DNA of 14,596 bases from contig CBDCUI010000002.1 in NCBI GenBank assembly GCA_965222615.1, positions 1-14,596 on the forward strand, given 5' to 3'. A model generated the notes under the pieces. It saw only the letters and a list, made by a program, of their open reading frames with translations, made no database searches and was not told the origin of the DNA. Shown here in pieces: positions 1 through 7,893 of the stretch; position 1 is the stretch's first letter; the number at the start of each line of letters is the position of its first letter. The stretch comes from Gammaproteobacteria bacterium. GTDB lineage: Bacteria; Pseudomonadota; Gammaproteobacteria; UBA4575. The position numbers were made by a program, and so were the translations under genes.

Positions 1-14
1 TAATCTAAATTGTA

Positions 15-932
15 TTACATATATTCTCTTTGAGCGAAGCGTTCTCTCTGCTTTTTAAGCCACTCCTCAGCATAATTAACTTCAAGGCATGAAAATCGTT
101 CAGCTAATTGCTTAATCTGCTCATGATAATATTCAGCTAAATATCGACTAACTATCTCAGGCATTTTATATTCAACGCTCTGCGTCACTTTTTTTTCAGC
201 TTGCTGCGGAACATATTTATCTGTTACTTCGACACCAATAAACTTATAAATATCTAATAATAGTTCCCGTGGTCGGCGAGCAATGTCTTCAGTAAATGCA
301 TAGAAAATCTGTTTTGAAGGATATTGGCTCTCCCATATTTTCATTGTTCTTAAATAGTCCCCTCTTAATATCACTTCTTTTTTTTTAAAATGTTGGATCA
401 AAATATTATCATCGATATTGTTAAAGTCTCCCTCACTTTTCTTATATAAATCCATTTTCTTATCAAACCTCATCCTTGCATGTGACCAAGCCCGTTCGAT
501 GGGATCACGCATTATAAAAATAATTTTTGCATGCGGCATAATTGCATATGTATGAGCAACAGCACGCTCATCCATTTTTGAATAAGCAGGTGTTATATCA
601 CCTGATATTTTGTCTTTGCCTGGCTTAAAAATGGACTCATACCATTTATCACTCCATAGCCCGAAGTAATATTTTATATCCCAAGCAAGATTGTGGTATG
701 AACGACTTGCCATATCGCGCTTGAAAGTATGATATGACTTTTCTCGCCATCGCTTTACTCTAAAACGCTTATAACTGGCCAATCTACCTTGATCTCGTCG
801 ACTCAAATAATGAATTTCTTTTATTGGAGGTAACCAAACCTCCGGATGATAGAGTAAGTTAACAAACAGCCAAGTGGTACCAGCTCTTTGTGCACCTATG
901 CATAAAAATTTAGGATATGACTTTTGACTCAT
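15..932 (-). CDS. PAPS-dependent sulfotransferase (Sulfotransfer_1/3-like)
   Basis: 305-aa ORF with the 5'-phosphosulfate-binding loop FLCIGAQRAGTTWL, KEIHY, DITPAY and the 3'-phosphate-binding motif IMRDPIERAWS. Confidence 0.92.
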   Translation of the reverse strand: MSQKSYPKFLCIGAQRAGTTWLFVNLLYHPEVWLPPIKEIHYLSRRDQGRLASYKRFRVKRWREKSYHTFKRDMASRSYHNLAWDIKYYFGLWSDKWYESIFKPGKDKISGDITPAYSKMDERAVAHTYAIMPHAKIIFIMRDPIERAWSHARMRFDKKMDLYKKSEGDFNNIDDNILIQHFKKKEVILRGDYLRTMKIWESQYPSKQIFYAFTEDIARRPRELLLDIYKFIGVEVTDKYVPQQAEKKVTQSVEYKMPEIVSRYLAEYYHEQIKQLAERFSCLEVNYAEEWLKKQRERFAQREYM

Positions 933-1255
933 ACATGTTTATTAGAATTAATTATAATAAATTAATAACTTTTACTATAGTATTTACAACCAGTATATCG
1001 CACAAATAAATGTATATTTATTAAGTTCTCAGTTTATATTAGATGTCTGTCACACATTTACTTTAGATTTAAATTTATGAAAAAAATTAACTTATTAGCA
1101 TTTCATAAAGAAACAATAGTGATTATACTCAATAAAATAAATTATTATTTAAATATTGTATACACATCGATCCATATTAACGCCAAATCATACTGATTTA
1201 TTAAAAATAGACAGTTAAATCAAATAAATTTACTAGCTATACCCAACTAATTTTA

Positions 1256-2296
1256 ATGCAAGAATTAAAAATTAACATTCTTACTTTGAGAATGCGTCAC
1301 CATGCTAATGCATCAGGCTATGACCAGTTAATAAACTATTTAGATGCAGATATCATTACTACTAACCATAATTTAACAATAATAGAAAGAGCCTTAGCAC
1401 GCACATGTAGAACTATAATAAAAAATTCAAATTCGCTTTGGTATCATCGTGCAAATTTTATAACGGAAGTAAATGCAGCCTGGAGATGGATAAGCAAACA
1501 AAAGCAGATTTTCCATTTCCTTTATGGTGAAAATTCTTACAGGTATCTCGGAAAACTTAAGTTATTTCGACCAGGAAATCGTATAATTTGCACTTACCAC
1601 ACCCCCCCTACCCGCTTTAAGGAACTTATAACAGATAATAAATTTATTAGTTTACTTGATGCTGTAGTAGTTGTTTCTACAGTTCAACTCGAATTATTTG
1701 CTGAAATGCTTGGACCAGAACGTGTTCACTTCGTGCCCCATGGTATTGATACTGATTATTTCCAACCTGATGTGAGCCAGAAAAACCATAAAATCTTACG
1801 TTGTATATCTGTAGGAAGCCATCTTCGAGATTTCCAAACTCTTGCCCGAGTGGCCAAATTACTTAAGTCAGAAGAAATACAATTCATAGTTGTTGCACCT
1901 GAAAAACATCGCAAAGTTTTTGATGGCATGGCTAATATTGATTTTCACAGCTCCATTAATGATAAAAAGCTTCTTCAGCTTTATCAATCAGCAGACATAT
2001 TGCTTCTCCCTCTGCTGGATTGCACTGCAAATAATGCACTTTTAGAAGGTATGTCATGTGGTTTACCAATAGTAACGACAGATCTCATCGGTGTAAAAGA
2101 TTATGTAGATAAAAATTGTAGTATATTGGCCCCTAAGGAAGATTCTAATGCTTTAGCAGATGCAGTATTTTCACTATATAAGGACAAAGATAAGCTTCTT
2201 AAGCTTGGTAAAAGTAGTAGATTGCACGCAATGGATTTTAAGTGGCCTGTAGTAGCAAAAAAAATTCAAGCCATATACGCAGATGCTATTAACTAA
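1256..2296 (+). CDS. Glycosyltransferase family 4 (GT-B fold)
   Basis: 346 aa. Motifs ICTYH, VVVVS, VPHGIDTDYF and LYQSADILLLP...NNALLEGMSCGLPIVTTD, plus the C-terminal FKWPVVAKKIQAIY. Confidence 0.92.
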   Translation: MQELKINILTLRMRHHANASGYDQLINYLDADIITTNHNLTIIERALARTCRTIIKNSNSLWYHRANFITEVNAAWRWISKQKQIFHFLYGENSYRYLGKLKLFRPGNRIICTYHTPPTRFKELITDNKFISLLDAVVVVSTVQLELFAEMLGPERVHFVPHGIDTDYFQPDVSQKNHKILRCISVGSHLRDFQTLARVAKLLKSEEIQFIVVAPEKHRKVFDGMANIDFHSSINDKKLLQLYQSADILLLPLLDCTANNALLEGMSCGLPIVTTDLIGVKDYVDKNCSILAPKEDSNALADAVFSLYKDKDKLLKLGKSSRLHAMDFKWPVVAKKIQAIYADAIN

Positions 2297-2351
2297 TATT
2301 TATAAGCAAATATAGCAATTTAAAAAGTAAATTAAATAGCGCTAGGATTTT

Positions 2352-3317
2352 TTAAAACATTTTCTCAATGGTTCTTTTTGGGTTAAAAAGTTTATCCATT
2401 ATTTGAGACAATATAATGATGACTAGACTGCTTCTACTAAATGATATCCCTATTTTATTGAGACCATCTTTATGGTATTGAATATAATCTTTATTCCTAC
2501 TAGATAGAAAATTTTTACTAAGTTTATTTTTATATTTTCTTAACTTTTGTTTTAGCAAAGCTTGATATTCTGTATTATCCAAATACATAGGCCCATATTT
2601 TATAAACATTTTTAAATTTTCGAGCATATTGGTGTCTAATTTTTCAGCTTTGGTCGATGTCTGAGTATCATCATGCATCCTGGTATAACTTAATATCTGG
2701 TGTACAAAACCAAAATCAAAATCTTTTAAAATTTCAAAACAAACTTCTACATCTGCATGATAATTATCTTCATTGTAAAACTTTTCCTTACCTTGGATTA
2801 AATTTGATCTTATTAGTGTAGAAGATGGAGATCCAAAAACATAATAATCTTTTCTTAATGTTGATCGGCAAACGTCATGCCCTGAAATCACAGATGTAGG
2901 GTAAGGAATGCCAATCCCCTTTACTTGCTTTCCTTTCAAGTAGTACGAACCAATGACGCCTACTGAAGGATTTTTTTCAGCAAGGAGTACCATTTTTTCA
3001 ATACAGTCTGGCCACAATAAGTCATCCGCATGAACAACTTTGCAATATTTACTCTCTGTTGAAATTTGTCTAAGAGCATGATTCCAGTTTGGCATTAAAT
3101 CTAAAAATTTTTCATTAGTACTAACTCTTACTTTTGTCTCTTGGTGTGCATATTGTTGAGCAATTTCTAATGAGCGATCTGTACTACAATTGTTAACTAT
3201 GACGTACTCCCAGTGCTCATATGACTGACTTAAAATGCTTTCGATGCACTCCGATAAATATTTCTCACCGTTATAAACTGGCGTTACTACACTTACCAAT
3301 GGGCTGCTTGGAGACAT
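2352..3317 (-). CDS. Glycosyltransferase family 2 (GT-A fold)
   Basis: 321 aa. Motifs VSVVTPVYNGEKYLSECIESILSQ and VNNCSTD, with the DxD-like HADD. Confidence 0.93.
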   Translation of the reverse strand: MSPSSPLVSVVTPVYNGEKYLSECIESILSQSYEHWEYVIVNNCSTDRSLEIAQQYAHQETKVRVSTNEKFLDLMPNWNHALRQISTESKYCKVVHADDLLWPDCIEKMVLLAEKNPSVGVIGSYYLKGKQVKGIGIPYPTSVISGHDVCRSTLRKDYYVFGSPSSTLIRSNLIQGKEKFYNEDNYHADVEVCFEILKDFDFGFVHQILSYTRMHDDTQTSTKAEKLDTNMLENLKMFIKYGPMYLDNTEYQALLKQKLRKYKNKLSKNFLSSRNKDYIQYHKDGLNKIGISFSRSSLVIIILSQIMDKLFNPKRTIEKMF

Positions 3318-3376
3318 TTATCAAAGCTTTATACTTGTCTGGTGAACTAACTTTTTTAAAAATACAAATTCATGGC

Positions 3377-4042
3377 TTATTTTCTCGTGCCTATAACTTT
3401 TGCTGGCACCCCTGTAGCAATCATGCCTTCTGGAACATCACTAGTGACAACTGCACCTGCGCCAATAACAGCACCTTTGCCAATTTTTACATTATCTAAT
3501 ACAGTTACCCCAACACCCAACCAAGCATCGTCTTCTATCACAATGTCGCCTTTCGATTCTAGTGGCTGACTATATATTGATTGGTCTTTTTTAAAACCGT
3601 GGTTGTATGAATAAAAACTACACCTAGGCGCAACCTGTACATGTTCACCTATTATGATAGAAGAGACATATGCTGAAAAATTGCAATGCGGCTGTATGGC
3701 AGTGAATGCACCTATTTGGATATTACCGCATTCACCAGTTTGCATAATAGTGTTCCGATATATACTAACATCCTCTGCTAACATGATTTCTCCCCCCTCT
3801 TTAGCTTGATAAATCAAAACATAATCATCTATAAAAACTTTTTTCGATGAAAAAAAGGAATTATGGTGAATAGTTGCAAATGGAGAAATATATCCGTTCG
3901 GATGAAGAGCAGCGAGTTTACGTCGTCCAATATAAGGTGGTGCAAATAGACTCGCTAGCCACGTTGCTACCTTCCCAAACTTACTTATACCGGAAAAGCG
4001 CATCCAAAATACTGACCATGCTCGTTTTAATCCAAAAGACAT
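3377..4042 (-). CDS. Hexapeptide-repeat (left-handed beta-helix) O-acyl/acetyltransferase
   Basis: 221 aa. C-terminal IVIEDDAWLGVGVTVLDNVKIGKGAVIGAGAVVTSDVP...GVPAK and a conserved His in SYNH. It lies 59 bp upstream of the GT2 gene on the same strand. Confidence 0.92.
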   Translation of the reverse strand: MSFGLKRAWSVFWMRFSGISKFGKVATWLASLFAPPYIGRRKLAALHPNGYISPFATIHHNSFFSSKKVFIDDYVLIYQAKEGGEIMLAEDVSIYRNTIMQTGECGNIQIGAFTAIQPHCNFSAYVSSIIIGEHVQVAPRCSFYSYNHGFKKDQSIYSQPLESKGDIVIEDDAWLGVGVTVLDNVKIGKGAVIGAGAVVTSDVPEGMIATGVPAKVIGTRK

Positions 4043-4576
4043 ATCTAATATTTAAAACAGTAACTTAGAAATACTCTTCATAAGATAGGGCCTACACATT
4101 AATACATAAGAAATTAATTACAAAACCATCTTCTCACTTGTAAGGCCCCGATTCCAGTAAGACTGGATATCAAATATATCTGATTCTTTATCAAGACTTC
4201 TAATTAATATCTGTAAGTGTGGCTAGACAATATTTTTACTAATTATGCTTATTTAAAAATAGTTAATCTGATCTAATTCAGGTTGGGCGCATTTTAAGGT
4301 GATGAAGCTAGTAAGATTAAGATTTACTAAGAAGAACGATAACACTATTCGGTTATACTTAATTTAGCTTTGTACTCAATAAGCACTGATTTGTAACAAG
4401 TAAAAGCTGATTTACTATGTTGTTTTACTGTTCGTACTTGCCCTCAAAAATCACTCTTTCTTATTCTCTAGAATGAATCATAGTTTAGGACTGGAAATTT
4501 AAGGCTAGAGAAACTTAAGCTAAAACCTAAACTAAGCATTACTTTTAAAAGAAAATGCAGTTATATAAATAAAGTG

Positions 4577-4981
4577 TCAATTGGTTATCACCGTCTGTTC
4601 TGTGATCTTCCATTCACCAGTACTTACTTGACTTAGATGTAAGATTATCGCTTCAATGTAATTATCAGGAAAATGAATTTCTACATTTACATCTTTCTTT
4701 TTATCTGTTAGATCTTTAACGCCGGTAACATCTATATATGTATCTGTATAGTATTCACGTAGATATTCTGGATATTTTTGGTTTTTTGTTAACAGCACTT
4801 TGATTTGTGAATACAATGGTTCATCAATATAAGTTTCTATAGTTTCTACATCTCCATTTTTTAATGCTTCAAAAAACGGTGTTATTGTGTGATCGATAAT
4901 GGGGTCTTCTGCAGATAATATAACGGCCGTATGTAGTACGCTTATCAGTACAAAAATATATAATATAGCTTTTTTAAGCAT
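4577..4981 (-). CDS. Small secreted hypothetical protein, possibly NTF2-like/DUF4878-like fold
   Basis: 134 aa with a Sec-type N-terminus (MLKKAILYIFVLISVLHTAVILSA). The FFEALKNGD...GEWKI pattern resembles NTF2-like domains. A purine-rich RBS (AAAGGAAG) precedes the ATG, 17 bp after the stop of the 836-aa gene. The fold call is tentative. Confidence 0.7.
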   Translation of the reverse strand: MLKKAILYIFVLISVLHTAVILSAEDPIIDHTITPFFEALKNGDVETIETYIDEPLYSQIKVLLTKNQKYPEYLREYYTDTYIDVTGVKDLTDKKKDVNVEIHFPDNYIEAIILHLSQVSTGEWKITEQTVITN

Positions 4982-4998
4982 GGCATTTGCTTCCTTTT

Positions 4999-7509
4999 TT
5001 AAGGCCCTGAGGAGAGTGTACCAAGAACATTCAATTCAGCCATTGAGGTCCAAGGATTGCCTTGAATTTCTCTTCTAGCTACCAGTCGTACATAGCGTGC
5101 CGTTACTGGCGAAAATAATACTTCTTTCTCAGTTCGATTTTTTGGCAACAAGGCACCTTTACTAACCTCGCTCCAATTCACCCCATTGCCACTCACATAA
5201 AAGGTATATTTATATATCGTACCGTCTTTATTTTCAGGCCACTGACGCGGCAAATAACGAAACCCATTAATGTCATAGATGGCGCCTAAATCGATTTGAA
5301 TCTCATGCGGATGTCCCGGATTCGAACTACCCATCGCGGTGTGCCATTTCGTATTAGGATTCCCATCAAAGGCATTGGTGGCCGGAAATTCCGGTAACTG
5401 CTCACTATCTACATATAAAAGACTCCAGCCTGATTGTGGAATAACACCGCCACCGGAGCCACCTCCAACTGTAATCGTACGCTGTGCTGGGGTTGGATCT
5501 GCTAAGCCCAAAGAGTCAGTAACGGTAAAGGTAGTGTTATATGTACCGGGACTATTGAATTGAACCGATCCAGGATCTTCTGCGGTAGAATTGGGTGCGC
5601 CACCCCCAAAATTCCAAAAATACGTTAAAGAAGTATCACCGTCTGGATCAGAACCCGTACCGGTAAAGTTCACAGACTGGCCCACATTGATGCTGACACT
5701 CGATGTAGGGCTGTTAATGACACTATTGGGCGCTTGATTAAAGGAGCCCAACGAATTCGCCCATAGTCCAGCCATACCCTGATATCCTGCCCCATTTGGG
5801 TGAACATTGTCATGGAACTGGTTCGGATTAGCTTGAAAATATGCATAGAAATCCGGTGGTGTCACGGCAATGGAATTCGCTGAGACGAGTTCATCAATTA
5901 CTAAATTATATTCAGCCATCCGCTGACTCAGGTTCGGCGCAGTGGGTGCAAACGGTAATTTGGCCAAGTAGGGCTCCTTACTCACCCCAGAAGAGTTTCT
6001 AATTAGATCGATAATCTGTTGCATATTGTGTTTATAGGTGCCTGGATAACCTGGGTCACCTGGATTTAAGCCAAGACCCGACGGAACAGGGATCACACCG
6101 CCCCCTGTGGCATCATTGGTGCCATATTGAATGAGATAAAACCGTGCGTCTGGATGCTCAGCTATAATCGAGGGTAATAAGTTTAAACCCTCAATCGATT
6201 TGTGTCCTGACACTCCCTTATTGACTACCGTGTGGGGATAAGACTTAGACTGTGTCAGTAAATCGTTGAGAATCGGAGTATATCCTTGGCTTTGGTTGCG
6301 TCCATCTTGTGAGGTGTCATCCGAGGAAATATTATCCCCCACGCCAAAGGTTATGCTATCTCCGATGGCAACATAATAATCTCCAGAACCAATTTGGGTA
6401 ACGGTATCGCTAGTATTCTGTCCAGAAACTTCATTGCCATTATTGTCTATGATTACAGCTTCAATAGTATGACCATCAGTCATGGGTACATTTGAAAATA
6501 CAGCTGTATAAGGCGATGAGAGATCAGTAATTTCTGCACCCCCCTGTGAATTTCCGCCATCGAGTTTGAACTTCACACCACTATGATTTTGACTGTCTAA
6601 ACATGCATTAGTAGTAACCGTAAAATTTGGTGGCGCTTGTATTGCTTTTGTAAGCGGCTTGGTGATTTCTACAAATAGGCTGCCACAACCACCATTGTTA
6701 GTAACGGTAATCGTTCTTTGACCTGGAGTGGGATCTGATACATTTGAAGAATCGGTTACCGTGAATGTGACGTTATAAGTACCTGGATTATTAAATTGTA
6801 TAGATCCAGGGTCTTCTGCAGTCGAGTTGGGGGCGCCACCATCAAAATCCCATAAATAAGTGAGAGAAGGATCCCCATCTGGATCCGAGCCTGTACCAGC
6901 AAAGTTTACAGTTTCCCCAGCATTGATACTGACATTGCCTGTGGGGCTATCTATGACACCATTGGGTGCCTGATTACCAGATACTATAGTTCCTAAAACA
7001 TTCAATTCAGCCATAGAGGTCCAAGGATTGCCTTGAATTTCTCTTCTAGCTACCAGTCGTACATAGCGTGCCGTTACTGGCGAAAATAATACTTCTTTCT
7101 CAGTTCGATTTTTTGGCAACAAGGCACCTTTACTAACCTCGCTCCAATTCACCCCATTGCCACTCACATAAAAGGTATATTTATATATCGTACCGTCTTT
7201 ATTTTCAGGCCACTGACGCGGCAAATAACGAAACCCATTAATGTCATAGATGGCGCCTAAATCGATTTGAATCTCATGCGGATGTCCCGGATTCGAACTA
7301 CCCATCGCGGTGTGCCATTTCGTATTAGGATTCCCATCAAAGGCATTGGTGGCCGGAAATTCCGGTAACTGCTCACTATCTACATATAAAAGACTCCAGC
7401 CTGATTGTGGTATGACCGCCGCATGCAAAGTCGAAGTTGCACAAAATAAAATTAAAACGAAGAAGAGTCTTTTATAAAAAACGGCAGCTATGGCTTTAAA
7501 TATGACCAT
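4999..7509 (-). CDS. Secreted multidomain SGNH/GDSL-family enzyme: signal peptide-F5/8 type C (CBM32)-PKD-Ig-like-SGNH-PKD-F5/8 type C
   Basis: 836 aa. Signal peptide ends ...TLHA. Two discoidin domains (AFDGNPNTKWHT, IQIDLG, ARYVRL, MAELNV). Two PKD domains (YLWDFDG/YFWNFGG, PGTYNxTFTVTD). SGNH blocks GDSIT, NKGVSG, YGTND and DNVHPN. Confidence 0.9.
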   Translation of the reverse strand: MVIFKAIAAVFYKRLFFVLILFCATSTLHAAVIPQSGWSLLYVDSEQLPEFPATNAFDGNPNTKWHTAMGSSNPGHPHEIQIDLGAIYDINGFRYLPRQWPENKDGTIYKYTFYVSGNGVNWSEVSKGALLPKNRTEKEVLFSPVTARYVRLVARREIQGNPWTSMAELNVLGTIVSGNQAPNGVIDSPTGNVSINAGETVNFAGTGSDPDGDPSLTYLWDFDGGAPNSTAEDPGSIQFNNPGTYNVTFTVTDSSNVSDPTPGQRTITVTNNGGCGSLFVEITKPLTKAIQAPPNFTVTTNACLDSQNHSGVKFKLDGGNSQGGAEITDLSSPYTAVFSNVPMTDGHTIEAVIIDNNGNEVSGQNTSDTVTQIGSGDYYVAIGDSITFGVGDNISSDDTSQDGRNQSQGYTPILNDLLTQSKSYPHTVVNKGVSGHKSIEGLNLLPSIIAEHPDARFYLIQYGTNDATGGGVIPVPSGLGLNPGDPGYPGTYKHNMQQIIDLIRNSSGVSKEPYLAKLPFAPTAPNLSQRMAEYNLVIDELVSANSIAVTPPDFYAYFQANPNQFHDNVHPNGAGYQGMAGLWANSLGSFNQAPNSVINSPTSSVSINVGQSVNFTGTGSDPDGDTSLTYFWNFGGGAPNSTAEDPGSVQFNSPGTYNTTFTVTDSLGLADPTPAQRTITVGGGSGGGVIPQSGWSLLYVDSEQLPEFPATNAFDGNPNTKWHTAMGSSNPGHPHEIQIDLGAIYDINGFRYLPRQWPENKDGTIYKYTFYVSGNGVNWSEVSKGALLPKNRTEKEVLFSPVTARYVRLVARREIQGNPWTSMAELNVLGTLSSGP
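5026..5439. repeat. Direct repeat copy A (C-terminal CBM32 coding sequence)
   Basis: 414 bp matching 6997-7410 on line-by-line comparison. The only difference is 5044 T versus 7015 A. 5045-5439 is identical to 7016-7410. Confidence 0.97.
5467..5739. repeat. Diverged repeat: second PKD domain
   Basis: 91 codons aligning without gaps to 6703-6975, with 71/91 identical residues by manual count. Confidence 0.9.
6703..6975. repeat. Diverged repeat: first PKD domain
   Basis: NQAPN...QRTITV segment, a paralogue of 5467-5739. Confidence 0.9.
6997..7410. repeat. Direct repeat copy B (N-terminal CBM32 coding sequence)
   Basis: 414 bp, offset by 1971 bp from copy A. Confidence 0.97.
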
Positions 7510-7804
7510 TTATTTTTTATGCTAATAAAATTACTGTCCTAGAAATCAGTACGTTATTTTCTCACATAAATTAAGAAATGCGCGATCAATTGTGAAATTA
7601 ATTTTACACCCAAACAATAAATTTTTATATGTTTAAAACTATTTAGATGAAAGGGGTATTATTATTAATTTTTAAGCAAAAATAGTAGGTTATATTATAA
7701 AGTAGTAGTGATTTATATTTTTAATAGTTAGAACGATTAACTATTTTTTACAACACTTTTACTTTAGAGTTATTGGAGATGTTATTAATTATTATAGGAA
7801 TACA

Positions 7805-7859
7805 GTTAGTAGGATTTATATCTGAAGTTTATTCAACTACAGAATCAAACCCTACTAAC
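7805..7859 (-). other. Long imperfect intergenic hairpin just downstream of the 400-aa gene
   Basis: On the minus strand: GTTAGTAGGGTTT-GAT-TCTGTAGTT-GAATA-AACTTCAGA-TAT-AAATCCTACTAAC. This gives a 13-bp outer stem with one G-U pair and a 9-bp inner stem with one mismatch. There is no clear U-tract, so it is not called a terminator. Confidence 0.7.
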
Positions 7860-7893
7860 ATTATTTTTAATTTAAATATTTAACTTAATTAAT

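Noticed and set aside
933-1255. Specific promoters and the TACTATAGTA palindrome (973-982) in the divergent spacer
   Set aside because: The region is extremely AT-rich, so many chance matches are expected and none can be singled out.
3221-4068. Plus-strand ORFs 3221-3499, 3372-3569 and 3874-4068
   Set aside because: They are antisense shadows of the GT2 and acyltransferase genes and have no recognisable motifs.
5026-7410. Repeat pair as a diversity-generating retroelement TR/VR
   Set aside because: There is only one, synonymous, difference. Both copies are coding domains of the same gene, and no reverse transcriptase is in the window.
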